64,000 nucleotides of DNA, from contig JAZDMI010000021.1 in NCBI GenBank assembly GCA_043801155.1, positions 66,683-130,682 on the forward strand, read 5' to 3'. Below are positions 48,335 through 58,958 of this stretch, piece after piece. The DNA comes from Candidatus Gottesmanbacteria bacterium. GTDB lineage: Bacteria; Patescibacteriota; Microgenomatia; JAMCYU01. Below the pieces are notes generated by a model that searched no databases, was not told the DNA's origin, and saw only the letters and a list, made by a program, of their open reading frames with translations. Within the stretch, counting starts at the first letter, position 1. Each line of letters begins with the position of its first letter. The position numbers and the translations under genes were made by a program.

Positions 48335-48802
48335 ATGGTGTTCAATATTAGTCAGCCGATAATTTTTATAATGGGATTAATTTTTATTTGGCTGCTATTT
48401 ATTTCAATTATTCTTTTTCGTTCGATAAGGCGTTATAATAATTTAACCAAAGGATCAAACGATAAAACACTTGGCGAAATACTAGAAAAAATTCTGGCTA
48501 ATCAGGATGATTTTGATAAAAAAATTAATGCGATAGACAAAAAAATTGAGAAACAAAGACTAGAGAATTTAAATAATATTCAAAGAGTCGGACTATTACG
48601 TTTTAATCCTTTTGAAGATGTTGGCGGAGATCAAAGTTTTGTTTTAGCAATGTTAAATGGGAAGAACGATGGTATTATACTAACTTCACTTCATAGTCGG
48701 ACCGGTAATCGTTGGTATGGCAAGACTATCAAGGAAGGAAAAGGCTTAGAACACGATTTATCAAACGAAGAAACACAGGCGGTTCAACAAGCCCAGCATT
48801 AA
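48335..48802 (+). CDS. DUF4446 family protein
   Basis: RFNPFEDVGGDQSF. Confidence 0.85.
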   Translation: MVFNISQPIIFIMGLIFIWLLFISIILFRSIRRYNNLTKGSNDKTLGEILEKILANQDDFDKKINAIDKKIEKQRLENLNNIQRVGLLRFNPFEDVGGDQSFVLAMLNGKNDGIILTSLHSRTGNRWYGKTIKEGKGLEHDLSNEETQAVQQAQH

Positions 48803-48828
48803 ACGATTATTTTTTAAAGGAGAATAAT

Positions 48829-50016
48829 ATGGAAAAAAAGAAACTGATTATTTCAATTGCATTAGGATTAGTCTTATATTTAATTTCTACCGGAATTTCA
48901 TTTGCCATCTTTAACTCAATTAAACCTTCAGCCAGCCAGCAAGTTGCCTCGCCACTTCAGGGTGATCAAGGCGGATATGATGTTGATATTTCTGGTCCTA
49001 AAACCGAAGCGTGTCCTTTAAACGGGGCAATGTATACTAAAAACGAAAAAAATGTTTGGGATAAAAGAAGACCATTGGCAGTTATGATTGAGAATCATTC
49101 CGAAGCTCGTCCGCAATCGGGTTTAAGTAACGCCGATATTATTTATGAAGCAGTAGCCGAGGGCGGAATAACCAGATTTATGGGAATATATTATTGTGGA
49201 GCTGCTGCCAAAAATTTAACACTAGCACCAGTTCGTTCGGCGAGAACATATTTTGTTGATTGGGTTTCCGAATATGATGCTCTATATAATCATGTCGGCG
49301 GAGCTGGAAACTGTAATGATGATACAGTCGATCCGCGGGCTAAGGCTCTTTGTCAAATCGGTAAATATAATATAAAAGATATGGATCAGTTTGGATTACC
49401 TCTTAAAACAGCAGACAAGAAATATTATGTTTGTGCCAGAAATCCAGATAGGTTAGATCATCAAGTTGCCTATGAGCACCAGATGGTTTGTTATACAAAT
49501 GGTCTTTATACAATTGCCAGCGAGAGGGATTGGACGAATGTTGATGGGGAAGGAGTATCGTGGGACCTGAATTTTACTAGTTGGAAATTTAAAGAAGATA
49601 TTAAAGTAACAGAAAGACCGGCAAGTTCTTTGGTTGAATTTTCCGCCTGGAAAGGCTACGACAAAGAATACGGTGTGAAATGGGAATATGATAAAACCAC
49701 AAATAGTTATAAGCGTTCTAATGGAGGAATACTGCAAACCGATTTAGAAACTAAACAGCAATTAACGGCTAAAAATATTGTTTTGCAGTTTTCTAAAGAA
49801 ACTGGCTCGGTTGATGAACATGCACATCTTCTTTATCAGACGATTGGTGAAGGTGAAGCGATGATTCTACAGGATGGTAAAAAGATAGAAGGGACTTGGT
49901 CAAAAGACGACAGAACCTCAAGAACAAAATTTTTTGATAATAATGGGCGAGAAATTCAATTTAATCGGGGACAAATTTGGATTGAGGTTTTACCAACAGG
50001 AACAGCGGTTAAATAA
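48829..50016 (+). CDS. DUF3048 family protein
   Basis: RPLAVMIEN, ARPQSGL, EGGITR, PVRSAR. Confidence 0.88.
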   Translation: MEKKKLIISIALGLVLYLISTGISFAIFNSIKPSASQQVASPLQGDQGGYDVDISGPKTEACPLNGAMYTKNEKNVWDKRRPLAVMIENHSEARPQSGLSNADIIYEAVAEGGITRFMGIYYCGAAAKNLTLAPVRSARTYFVDWVSEYDALYNHVGGAGNCNDDTVDPRAKALCQIGKYNIKDMDQFGLPLKTADKKYYVCARNPDRLDHQVAYEHQMVCYTNGLYTIASERDWTNVDGEGVSWDLNFTSWKFKEDIKVTERPASSLVEFSAWKGYDKEYGVKWEYDKTTNSYKRSNGGILQTDLETKQQLTAKNIVLQFSKETGSVDEHAHLLYQTIGEGEAMILQDGKKIEGTWSKDDRTSRTKFFDNNGREIQFNRGQIWIEVLPTGTAVK

Positions 50017-50061
50017 AAAATATTCTAATTTAATGTTCTTCTGTCCAGAAAGGGAGAATAT

Positions 50062-50637
50062 ATGCTAGAAGATCTTATTATCTCCCGCGTTCGGGTTAAG
50101 CTTCTAGAGCTTTTTTTAATTAATCCGGGGAAAATATTTCATGTCCGAGAGATGGTTCGCCGGACAGATGAAGAGATTAATGCTGTCAGAAGAGAACTTG
50201 CCCATCTTGAAAAGGGTGGCATGGTTACCAAAGAACCAAGGGCTAATCGACTTTATTATGCCTTCAGGAAAGACTACCCGTTATATTTCGAACTTTTGGA
50301 ATTAGTGGCTAAGACCTGTGGGCTTGGACGGGAAGTTATTAAAAATAAAATTAAATTAGGAAAAGTAAAATTTGTCATGTTATCAGGAGCATTTATCAGG
50401 GGGATACCAGTATCACCGGAAAAAGTTGATCTTCTGGTTGTTGGGAATGTTGTTTTACCGGAACTATCACAAATCGTAAAAAATGAAGAAATTAGACGTG
50501 ATAAAGAAATAAATTACACGGTGATGACTGAAGATGAATTTGGATTTAGGAAAAGAAGAAGAGACCCGTTTATTTTGAGTATTCTTGAAGGTTCAAGAGT
50601 GATGATTATTGGTGATGAAGAAGAATTGGTAAGTTGA
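50062..50637 (+). CDS. Winged-helix regulator with C-terminal NTase-like domain
   Basis: SRVRVKLL, HVRE, INAVRREL, VDLLVVG. Confidence 0.75.
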   Translation: MLEDLIISRVRVKLLELFLINPGKIFHVREMVRRTDEEINAVRRELAHLEKGGMVTKEPRANRLYYAFRKDYPLYFELLELVAKTCGLGREVIKNKIKLGKVKFVMLSGAFIRGIPVSPEKVDLLVVGNVVLPELSQIVKNEEIRRDKEINYTVMTEDEFGFRKRRRDPFILSILEGSRVMIIGDEEELVS

Positions 50638-50639
50638 GT

Positions 50640-50843
50640 ATGACACAGAAAATTCTTAAGACGGGGAATAGTCTAGCAGTTGTAGTCCCGGCGGATTTTG
50701 CCAAATCAATCGGCGCCAAAGCTGGAGATGATATTAAAGTTTTTACCAAACCGGAAAAGGGCGAAATCCTTTATAGATTCTCCGGCGCCCAACAATTACC
50801 TCTGTCCGAAAATTTCCTTAAGTCCTCTAAAAAAAGGTTTTAA
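50640..50843 (+). CDS. AbrB/MazE/SpoVT-family DNA-binding protein
   Basis: KTGNSLAVVVP. Confidence 0.8.
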   Translation: MTQKILKTGNSLAVVVPADFAKSIGAKAGDDIKVFTKPEKGEILYRFSGAQQLPLSENFLKSSKKRF

Positions 50844-51826
50844 TATCCTAGTATTTTTTTAATTGGTTCTTTTATATTGACAAACCACGTACTGTTATAA
50901 AATGGCATTCTTTGAACTCTAAGATAGACATTAGCGATGATGGTCGACAAAATTATTCTTGGTAAATTCTCTTTTGTTCTCCAGTTTAGTTGTCGTTCGT
51001 AACTTCGATGAGGTTTAAAATGGACTTGGCATTTATCAATAGAATCGCCAACAATTTTAATATTTTTAGGGATACCCATATAATAAAGATAACCAACATC
51101 TTCAGGATTAAAACCCATAACTCTAGCTGCAATCACATCAGCACAGATAGGATTTGCAGAAGTAACAACAAAATTTGACTTGATCGGAGTACCTTCGCCG
51201 GGACCATTGCCTTCCATACCGACAGTTCCGTCAATGATTGATAAATGCGGAGGTACTATTTTTGCTATTTTGGCTAAATTCAGATTCATCTTTCTTGTTC
51301 CCTGATGCATCAGGGGTCGAGTATTTAATGAACCCATCGACATATTTTTTAATGACAGGGTAACAATTACCTCATCATGAGTTTTGGCCGGACCAATCGA
51401 GATTCTCATATCGGAGTTAAGGATGGTTTTTGATACACCAATATGTATCCGTTTGCCAAAAGCACTAGATATTGAAAAATTCTGAAAATCATCTTTGGCC
51501 AAGTCAACCAGTTCAATGTGGTATTTTTTTACCAGTTTCATATAACCAAAATTTTTATATCCCTCAAAAGCACTGGCAAATGCAGCATTTTCAGCAATCA
51601 GTATTTTATTTTTGGTGAATTTTTGGAGAAAGTCTAGTGTAGCTTTAATGGCGTCCACATGAGTGGCTGCCAGTTGATTACTCGTTGAGACAAAATTAGG
51701 TTTTATAATAATATTTTTGGCTCGGCTTATTTTGGGTCCGAGATCTTCCTCTAAAAGCCGTAATGCTTTAGCAATATTTTGATAACGGTTATATCCTTTA
51801 ACTAACGATACTTTTGTATTAATCAT
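50840..51826 (-). CDS. DUF362 family protein
   Basis: IKPNFV, KTH, TLSLKN, GMEGNGP. Confidence 0.85.
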   Translation of the reverse strand: MINTKVSLVKGYNRYQNIAKALRLLEEDLGPKISRAKNIIIKPNFVSTSNQLAATHVDAIKATLDFLQKFTKNKILIAENAAFASAFEGYKNFGYMKLVKKYHIELVDLAKDDFQNFSISSAFGKRIHIGVSKTILNSDMRISIGPAKTHDEVIVTLSLKNMSMGSLNTRPLMHQGTRKMNLNLAKIAKIVPPHLSIIDGTVGMEGNGPGEGTPIKSNFVVTSANPICADVIAARVMGFNPEDVGYLYYMGIPKNIKIVGDSIDKCQVHFKPHRSYERQLNWRTKENLPRIILSTIIANVYLRVQRMPFYNSTWFVNIKEPIKKILGY

Positions 51827-51932
51827 AAATTAGTCGTGGTTTAGTTAATCGTAAATCCGAATTTTAACATAAATTACCCTGTTTTTATATGTTTAATTGT
51901 GTCGGAATCAGATCTATAATATAATACTTGCA

Positions 51933-53288
51933 ATGAGGACGAAAAGACTATTGATAATCATCATTATAATGACTGTCTTGGCAGTGATAATCGATCTGCC
52001 CAAGAACTACCCCTTGAAGATTTCCCTAGGATCATTAAAGATTAATCAAAATATTTCATCTCCGGATATTAATATTTCTTTAGGATCAATTAAAATTCAA
52101 AAAGATATATTTACCCATCTGGGTCTTGACCTTCAGGGAGGAACTCACTTAATATTGCAGGCTGATATGAGAGGTATTAATTCCAAGGATAGAAATCAGG
52201 CTCTTGATTCAGCGCGATCTGTTATTGAACGCCGGGTAAATCTTTATGGTTTAACCGAACCAGTTGTCCAGGCTTCAAAAGTAGGCGAGGATTATCGGAT
52301 TATTGTTGAGCTCCCGGGAATAAAAGATAAAGATAAAGCTATTTTGGAGATTGGTCAGACAGCCAAACTTGAATTTCGTGAGTGGAAATCAACTGAAAGT
52401 GCATCATTTAGTTTTAATGATACAAAGGAGACTGGAATTACCGGAAAAGATCTTAAAAGCGCAGCTGTCGAATTTGATACCAATACTGGAGCTCCGTATG
52501 TGGCGATTGAATTTACCAATGAAGGTGGAAAAAAATTCGGAGAACTAACAACAAAATTAGTGGGAAAACGTATGCCAATATTTTTAGATCAACTGGTTAT
52601 TTCTGATCCAACAGTTCAGGAGCCGATTACCGGCGGCAAGGGTAGAATTACCGGTCAATTTACCATGGATGAGGCTAATCGTTTTGCCCGTCAGCTTAAT
52701 GCTGGTGCTTTACCTGTACCGATAAAGGTTTTAGAAGAAAGATCAATTGGGGCGACTCTAGGCCAAGAGTCAGTTCAGAAAAGTATTCGGGCAGGATTAA
52801 TCGGATTAGGTATCGTGGCAGTCTTTATGTGGTTATACTATGGATATTTAGGATTTTTAGCTGATATTGCCCTAATCATCTATGGTCTGTTATCGCTAGC
52901 TGTTTTTAAACTTCTGCCGGTAACTTTAACGCTACCCGGTATCGCTGGTTTTATTCTCTCGATTGGTATGGCTGTTGATTCTAATATTTTAATCTTTGAA
53001 CGGATGAAAGAAGAACTGCGAAGCGGAAAACAATGGCAGGTAGCGATGGAATTAGGATTTGGACGGGCTTGGGATTCGATCAGGGATGCAAATTTTACAA
53101 CCCTGATAACTTGTTTTATTCTTTTCAATCCCATAAATTGGAGTTTTTTACCGTCATTTGGTTTAGTCAGGGGATTTGCCCTGACATTAGCAATCGGAGT
53201 ACTGACGAGTCTTTTTACCGGTATTATCGTTACGAGAACACTACTGCGATTTTTCTTTAAGGGGAAATGGAAAGGTTACACAACATGA
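51933..53288 (+). CDS. secD: Protein translocase subunit SecD
   Basis: LGLDLQGG, GMAVDSNILIFER. Confidence 0.96.
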   Translation: MRTKRLLIIIIIMTVLAVIIDLPKNYPLKISLGSLKINQNISSPDINISLGSIKIQKDIFTHLGLDLQGGTHLILQADMRGINSKDRNQALDSARSVIERRVNLYGLTEPVVQASKVGEDYRIIVELPGIKDKDKAILEIGQTAKLEFREWKSTESASFSFNDTKETGITGKDLKSAAVEFDTNTGAPYVAIEFTNEGGKKFGELTTKLVGKRMPIFLDQLVISDPTVQEPITGGKGRITGQFTMDEANRFARQLNAGALPVPIKVLEERSIGATLGQESVQKSIRAGLIGLGIVAVFMWLYYGYLGFLADIALIIYGLLSLAVFKLLPVTLTLPGIAGFILSIGMAVDSNILIFERMKEELRSGKQWQVAMELGFGRAWDSIRDANFTTLITCFILFNPINWSFLPSFGLVRGFALTLAIGVLTSLFTGIIVTRTLLRFFFKGKWKGYTT

Positions 53289-54166
53289 TATATTTCATGA
53301 AATATAAATGGGTATATTTGTTAATATCATCACTGGTACTTGTTCCGGGTATTATATCTTTACTCATGTGGGGTTTAAATCCTTCAATTGATTTTACCGG
53401 TGGGACACTGCTTGAATATCAATTTAAAAATAATATATCATCCGAAAAAATAAAATCGATTTCCGGAAAGTATGGATTTCAACTTAATTCAATCCAACTA
53501 TCCGGAAAAAATAGTTATCTTCTAAGGCTGCGAACAATAACTAACGGTCAGGAAGAAATTTTACGTAAAGATTTCGGAAAAGATGCCGGTGAAATTCCAT
53601 CATTAGTTCGTTTTGAAACTGTCGGGCCAATACTCGGAAGCGAGCTCTTACAAAAAACTTTTATTGCGGCTATTCTGGCGACGTTAGGAATCCTTAGTTA
53701 TGTTGCCTATGCATTTAAAAATATTAAATATGGAGCATCAGCAGTACTGGCTCTCTTCCATGACTTGTTAGTGGTCATCGGGACTTTTTCTCTATTAGGA
53801 CATTTTCACCATGTTGAAGTTGACACTCTTTTTGTAACTGCGGTTTTAACAACGATGAGTTTTTCTGTTCACGATACGATTGTGGTCTTTGATCGAATCA
53901 GGGAAACCTTACGAAAAAATCCCGGACAAGATTTTGAGACAATCGCGAATCAAGCAATGACGGAAACAATGGGTCGATCATTAAATAATTCTTTAACCAT
54001 TGCTTTTATGTTATTAGCCTTACTTTTATTAGGCGGAACAACGATCAAATGGTTTGTATTCGCTTTACTTATAGGAACAATTTCCGGAACTTATTCATCT
54101 CCATTTGTCGCCACCCCAATTTTGGCGATTTGGAATAAATTCGAAGAGAAAAGAAAACAAGGGTAA
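53285..54166 (+). CDS. secF: Protein translocase subunit SecF
   Basis: IDFTGG, DTIVVFDRIRE, GTYSS. Confidence 0.96.
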   Translation: MIYFMKYKWVYLLISSLVLVPGIISLLMWGLNPSIDFTGGTLLEYQFKNNISSEKIKSISGKYGFQLNSIQLSGKNSYLLRLRTITNGQEEILRKDFGKDAGEIPSLVRFETVGPILGSELLQKTFIAAILATLGILSYVAYAFKNIKYGASAVLALFHDLLVVIGTFSLLGHFHHVEVDTLFVTAVLTTMSFSVHDTIVVFDRIRETLRKNPGQDFETIANQAMTETMGRSLNNSLTIAFMLLALLLLGGTTIKWFVFALLIGTISGTYSSPFVATPILAIWNKFEEKRKQG

Positions 54167-54237
54167 ATATTATTTATATACTTATTTAATTCCAAATTTG
54201 ACTTAAGGATTGATTTTATTATAACATCAATATATTC

Positions 54238-55893
54238 ATGTTTCGTAAAGCGGTAGCCGTAATTGGTTTTCTCCTTTTCTTCCATCTCTTGTATTTTGAC
54301 AACTTCATCATTCTTCCGGGAACCTTAGGTTTAGCGATTTTTTTAACTGTTAGTCATTTATTTCTATGGACAGTTTTTTGGAGAAACAATTTTATAAAGA
54401 TCTTTTCTTATGGTTTATTTTTCTCACTTGCCTCAATCGTACTAGCCTGGTTATCGGTACTAAAAGGTGACATATATTTTATTGGTTCTATACTTTGGAT
54501 GGGTTCACTGGGTTTTGCATTTTTAGCTATATATAACTTTTCTGCGAAAGAGCCTTCGATCAAAACAGTTACTGAACTATTAGTGTCCCCCTTTTTACTT
54601 ACTTGGTCATTTATTGCCTCGTTTCTATCTTTAGAGCAACAATATAAATCAATTAGAATTGGTAATCGTGATTTACGCAATAAATATATATCAATAGTTC
54701 TGGGTTTAATTATTGCTATTCCCGTATTATCAGTGCTTGTTGTCATATTATTTTCAGCTGACCCAATCTTTAATAAAATATTTACTAATACCTTTTGGTT
54801 CTTTAAGGATTTTTCGCTGGTTGCCAGAATTATTGTAACTATATTATGGCTATTATTTTTACTTCCTTTAGCTAACTTGATAATTGATAATCGGTTATTA
54901 ACTAAATACCTTAAAATTAATAGCGGACGTTTTGTAATTGAAGCAACCATAGTTATCGGATTAACTAGTCTTTTGATGGGGTGGTTTTTGCTAGTCCAAT
55001 TTAAATATTTATTTGCTAATGTCCCCGAAATAGAACTTCACCAATTTAGGGTTCAAACTTATTCGGAATATGTCAGCCGCGGATTCGGTGAATTATTAAT
55101 TGCGACAATATTTATCTATTTTTTAGTTAGTATAAGTCTTTATATCTTGCAGGGTATTAAATCAGACTGGCTTAAGAGACTAAATCTTTTACTACTAACG
55201 GAATTAATATTACTTTTAGTTTCAATTTTAAGACGATTAATTCTTTATCAGTATTATCATGGACTAACAGTTGCTCGTATATATGGATTAATTCTTTTAT
55301 TATGGATAGCGGCAATGATTATCTTGATGATTATTAGACATTTTTCTCAAAGACAATTATTAATTTTTGAGATTAGTGTGAGTGCAATAGCGTTTTTCCT
55401 TGTCGGAGTTGTAAATGCTGACAGAATAATTGTCCAGTATTATCCTCCTCTTGTTAATAATGAGATTGATCTAGTTTATCTGTCAAACTTATCCTCTGAT
55501 GGGTATTCTGGTTGGCTAAAGGCCTACAATTGGTCAAAACATGTTTATAGTATTTTAAAAGTTAAACCATCACTTAATGCAGCTGATAATCGTATTCGTT
55601 TATATGCCATAGGTATTATGTACAACCTAAAGAATCATTACGAAGGTTTATATTCTTTTTATCATTCTTATGGGAACTATCCTAAACCAGATCGATATTT
55701 TTCAAAAATTAAGTCTGATTGGCATTATTATAATCTTCCTCAATATAATGCATTTAACCTTATGGTAAAGGATATGCCATATCCGGAAATAAATAAATAT
55801 ATTGATGAACTTAATCAACTGGAAGCTCGTGTCAGTCAAAGCGAGAGGGACAAAACATTTCTTGACCGCGCACCCGGCCGGCTTTTAAGATGA
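54238..55893 (+). CDS. DUF4153/DUF4173-like membrane protein
   Basis: SADPIF, YSEYVSRGFGEL, YHGLT..R, LSSD. Confidence 0.75.
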   Translation: MFRKAVAVIGFLLFFHLLYFDNFIILPGTLGLAIFLTVSHLFLWTVFWRNNFIKIFSYGLFFSLASIVLAWLSVLKGDIYFIGSILWMGSLGFAFLAIYNFSAKEPSIKTVTELLVSPFLLTWSFIASFLSLEQQYKSIRIGNRDLRNKYISIVLGLIIAIPVLSVLVVILFSADPIFNKIFTNTFWFFKDFSLVARIIVTILWLLFLLPLANLIIDNRLLTKYLKINSGRFVIEATIVIGLTSLLMGWFLLVQFKYLFANVPEIELHQFRVQTYSEYVSRGFGELLIATIFIYFLVSISLYILQGIKSDWLKRLNLLLLTELILLLVSILRRLILYQYYHGLTVARIYGLILLLWIAAMIILMIIRHFSQRQLLIFEISVSAIAFFLVGVVNADRIIVQYYPPLVNNEIDLVYLSNLSSDGYSGWLKAYNWSKHVYSILKVKPSLNAADNRIRLYAIGIMYNLKNHYEGLYSFYHSYGNYPKPDRYFSKIKSDWHYYNLPQYNAFNLMVKDMPYPEINKYIDELNQLEARVSQSERDKTFLDRAPGRLLR

Positions 55894-56594
55894 AAAAACT
55901 AATTGTTAATGCTGACGATTTTGGGATTACTAAATCGGTCAACGAAGGAATAATTCACGGATTTAAGAATGGAATTATTACCAGTACTTCCCTAATGGTC
56001 AATAGACCATTTGCAGATGAAGCGGCTCAATTGGCAAAAGAAAATCCAAAATTAGGAGTTGGATTGCATTTTGAAATAATCGGGGACGACAACCAAGTCT
56101 TAAGGGGAATAAAAAAAGTAACTGCTTATTTATCAATAGGATTATTTCAGGTTGAAAAAGCAAAAAGACTTTTTTATTCACAGTTAAAGAAATTTAAAGA
56201 ATCAATTGGTAAAATGCCGACTCATATTGACGGACATTATCATGTGCATAAACTGCCCTCGATATTTCCGTTCATATCAGAATTTTCTAATAAATATAAA
56301 ATTCCATATCGGATGATGAAAGAAATTAATTTTATTGGTGAATATTCTGATTATAATCATCCGGAAAATGCCTCAATAGATTATTTGACTAAAATATTGA
56401 AAGGATTACCTGATAAGGTATCTGAATTAATGACTCATCCAGGTTTTTCTTCGGATGAACTGCGGAAGATAAGTTCGATGTCAGATTGCCGGGCAACCGA
56501 ACTCAAAACATTGACTTCATCAGAAATTAAAAAAATTATTGAAGAAGAAAAAATTCAGTTGATTAACTGGAGTCAAATTGATATCATGATTTAA
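55890..56594 (+). CDS. ChbG/YdjC family deacetylase
   Basis: IVNADDFG, VGLH, THIDGHYHVH, ELMTHPG. Confidence 0.92.
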   Translation: MKKLIVNADDFGITKSVNEGIIHGFKNGIITSTSLMVNRPFADEAAQLAKENPKLGVGLHFEIIGDDNQVLRGIKKVTAYLSIGLFQVEKAKRLFYSQLKKFKESIGKMPTHIDGHYHVHKLPSIFPFISEFSNKYKIPYRMMKEINFIGEYSDYNHPENASIDYLTKILKGLPDKVSELMTHPGFSSDELRKISSMSDCRATELKTLTSSEIKKIIEEEKIQLINWSQIDIMI

Positions 56595-56614
56595 ATCATA
56601 GTATCAAAATTTAT

Positions 56615-57112
56615 ATGCTCACTAAGGCTTCGGACCTGAAGGAAATAATTGAAAAAGGGATAAAAACCCCAAAGACAGTCTTTCCGGAAATTAAAATATT
56701 GGCAGCAGATGTTAGATGGGAGATAAGAGAAGTGGCAGCCACAATCCTTTCGGAAATGAGTAAAAAGAGACAAGAAGCAGTAATAAATGAAATGATTTTT
56801 TGGAGCAAAGATCAAGATGAAAATATTAGAAGGACAAGTATCGAGTCCTTAAGATATGTATGCAGAAACAGTCCTGATTCTATCCGCCCAATTCTGGAAA
56901 TACTAAGCAAAGACAAAGCACTTTATGTGAAGAAAGCGGTCGCCCACATTTTGAGGGAAATCAGCAAAAAAAGCCCAGACTTCGTTTATTCGTTATGTAA
57001 AGTATGGGCAGGCTTTAACAATAAAAATACAGATTGGATAATTAAGGATGGGATGAAGAAACTCAACAAAGAAAAAGAAATGGAGTTAATTTCTCTTCTC
57101 AAAAATGATTAA
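56615..57112 (+). CDS. HEAT-repeat DNA alkylation repair-like protein
   Basis: WSKDQDENIRR, YVKKAVAHILREISKK. Confidence 0.75.
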   Translation: MLTKASDLKEIIEKGIKTPKTVFPEIKILAADVRWEIREVAATILSEMSKKRQEAVINEMIFWSKDQDENIRRTSIESLRYVCRNSPDSIRPILEILSKDKALYVKKAVAHILREISKKSPDFVYSLCKVWAGFNNKNTDWIIKDGMKKLNKEKEMELISLLKND

Positions 57113-57989
57113 CAAAATTCAGGTTAAGTCTATCCTAAATAAACATAAGAAACGTGATAATTAGTTCCTTGATGATTATTCAATAAATCCTTACTCTGGT
57201 TGTTTATTTAATTGTCTATATTGTTATATTAGGGGAAGTAAATACGGAACTAATATGGCAAAGACATTGTCAGTCAAAATCAATGCTCCCGAAATATTAG
57301 AAAAAGAATTACAAAAGAGAGCGGAAAAAAAGGAATTTGGAATTATTACTTTATCTTCATCTACAGATCCTTATCAGCCTATAGAAAAGGAATTAAAGAT
57401 AACCAGAAAGCTACTCAAGGTAATTTTAAAATATAAATTCCCGTTAGAAATTGCAACCAAATCCACACTCGTCTTACGGGATTTTGATGTCCTGAGAGAA
57501 ATCGATAAACAAGCTATTCTGCCGGATGAACTAAGTAAGATAGACCACGGAGTAATAATAACTTGTTCTATTTCTACTTTAGACGAAAAACTGGCTAGAA
57601 TTCTTGAACCCGGTGCCCCATCACCAAGGGAGAGAATGGAAACGATAAAAAAATGTAAACAAAAAGGATTTTTTGTGGGAATAAATTATATTCCGGTTTT
57701 ACCATTTATTTCTGAATCAGATAAGCAAATCGAAATAATGGTCAAAACTGCCAAAGATTATGGAGCAGATTTTGTTTTTATAGGAGCGTTAACTCTTTTT
57801 GGTAAAGATCCTGCAGACTGCAAAACTCTTTATTATGAATTCTTAAGAAAATATTATCCTGAACTTATCCAAAAGTATAAGAGCCTATATAGAATTTTTT
57901 TCGCACCTCCAAAAGATTATCAGAAATCTTTAAAGGAGAAGGCTAAAGTATTTTGTAAAAAGTACTCAATTGCTTATGGTCTACTATAA
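57105..57989 (+). pseudogene. SPL-like radical SAM protein with in-frame TAG at 57162-57164
   Basis: ATG 57105 in frame; [14 protein letters not shown] lies after the TAG; SSSTDPYQP. Confidence 0.75.
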
Positions 57990-58056
57990 TTATTCTTATA
58001 AAAGGTTTCTTGACACTTTTCGATATTTTTGACAAAATAGAGTTATTCTATATCAT

Positions 58057-58956
58057 ATGTTAGATTGGGTAAAAAGAAATAAGATTGCTGCTTTAATTAT
58101 TCTGGTACTTCTTGTACTTCTTATTAAAAGCAATTTGTCTAGTGTAGTCCCGTTAATTCCTACAACAGGTGTTTTAAGAAGCGATATGATGGAACAAAAG
58201 ATGGCTGTTCCGGGATCGTTTGGGACATCGTCGATTATGCCGCCTTCAGATCAATATACGCCAACACAGACGCAAAACCGACTAGTTGTTCAAGAGTCGT
58301 CAATGTCAATGTTAGTTTCTAATGTTCGTAAAATAAATGACCAAATTGTTGACAAGGCAAAAAGTGTTGGTGGTTATATGGTTAATACCTCGTTAACTAA
58401 TCCGCAGGAAGCTCCTTTTGCAACGGTAACTATCCGTATACCGGCAGATGAGTTGAAAACAACTCTTGACTATTTCCGAACGTTGGCAATAAAAGTTACC
58501 TCAGAAAATATTTTAGGAACTGATGTTACCGACCAATATGTTGATGTTCAGGCAAGACTGGCGACCCTGGAAAAGACAAAAGCAAAATTTGCAGACATTA
58601 TGGACAAGGCCGTACAAGTTCAAGATATTCTGACTGTTCAACGCGAACTTATTAATATTCAGGATCAAATTGACTCATTAAAAGGTCAACAACAATATCT
58701 TGAACAGACAGCTAAACTGGCAAAAGTAACAGTATCCTTATCCACTGACGAATTTGCACTCCCATATGCACCAACTGGTCAATTTAGGCCGGAAGTAATT
58801 TTCAAACAGGCCGTCAGATCAATGGTAACCAATATTAGAGACTTAGCTGGAGTATTAATTTGGGTAGTAGTTTATGGTGTAATTTGGATACCTCTAGCAG
58901 TTATTGTGTTTTTAGTTTGGAGAAAGAGAAATAAAAAAGTAGTCCAATCTTCTTAA
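58057..58956 (+). CDS. DUF4349 family protein
   Basis: IRIPA, DVTDQYVD, coiled coil, C-terminal TM. Confidence 0.85.
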   Translation: MLDWVKRNKIAALIILVLLVLLIKSNLSSVVPLIPTTGVLRSDMMEQKMAVPGSFGTSSIMPPSDQYTPTQTQNRLVVQESSMSMLVSNVRKINDQIVDKAKSVGGYMVNTSLTNPQEAPFATVTIRIPADELKTTLDYFRTLAIKVTSENILGTDVTDQYVDVQARLATLEKTKAKFADIMDKAVQVQDILTVQRELINIQDQIDSLKGQQQYLEQTAKLAKVTVSLSTDEFALPYAPTGQFRPEVIFKQAVRSMVTNIRDLAGVLIWVVVYGVIWIPLAVIVFLVWRKRNKKVVQSS

Positions 58957-58958
58957 GG

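Noticed and set aside
50062-50843. wHTH-NTase plus AbrB as a toxin-antitoxin system
   Set aside because: No toxin domain is recognisable; the genes look like conserved regulators.
57162-57164. TAG or TGA codon reassignment
   Set aside because: TAG ends other genes (35426, 37858, 40431) and TGA ends rplF, rplO and secY; code 11 fits.
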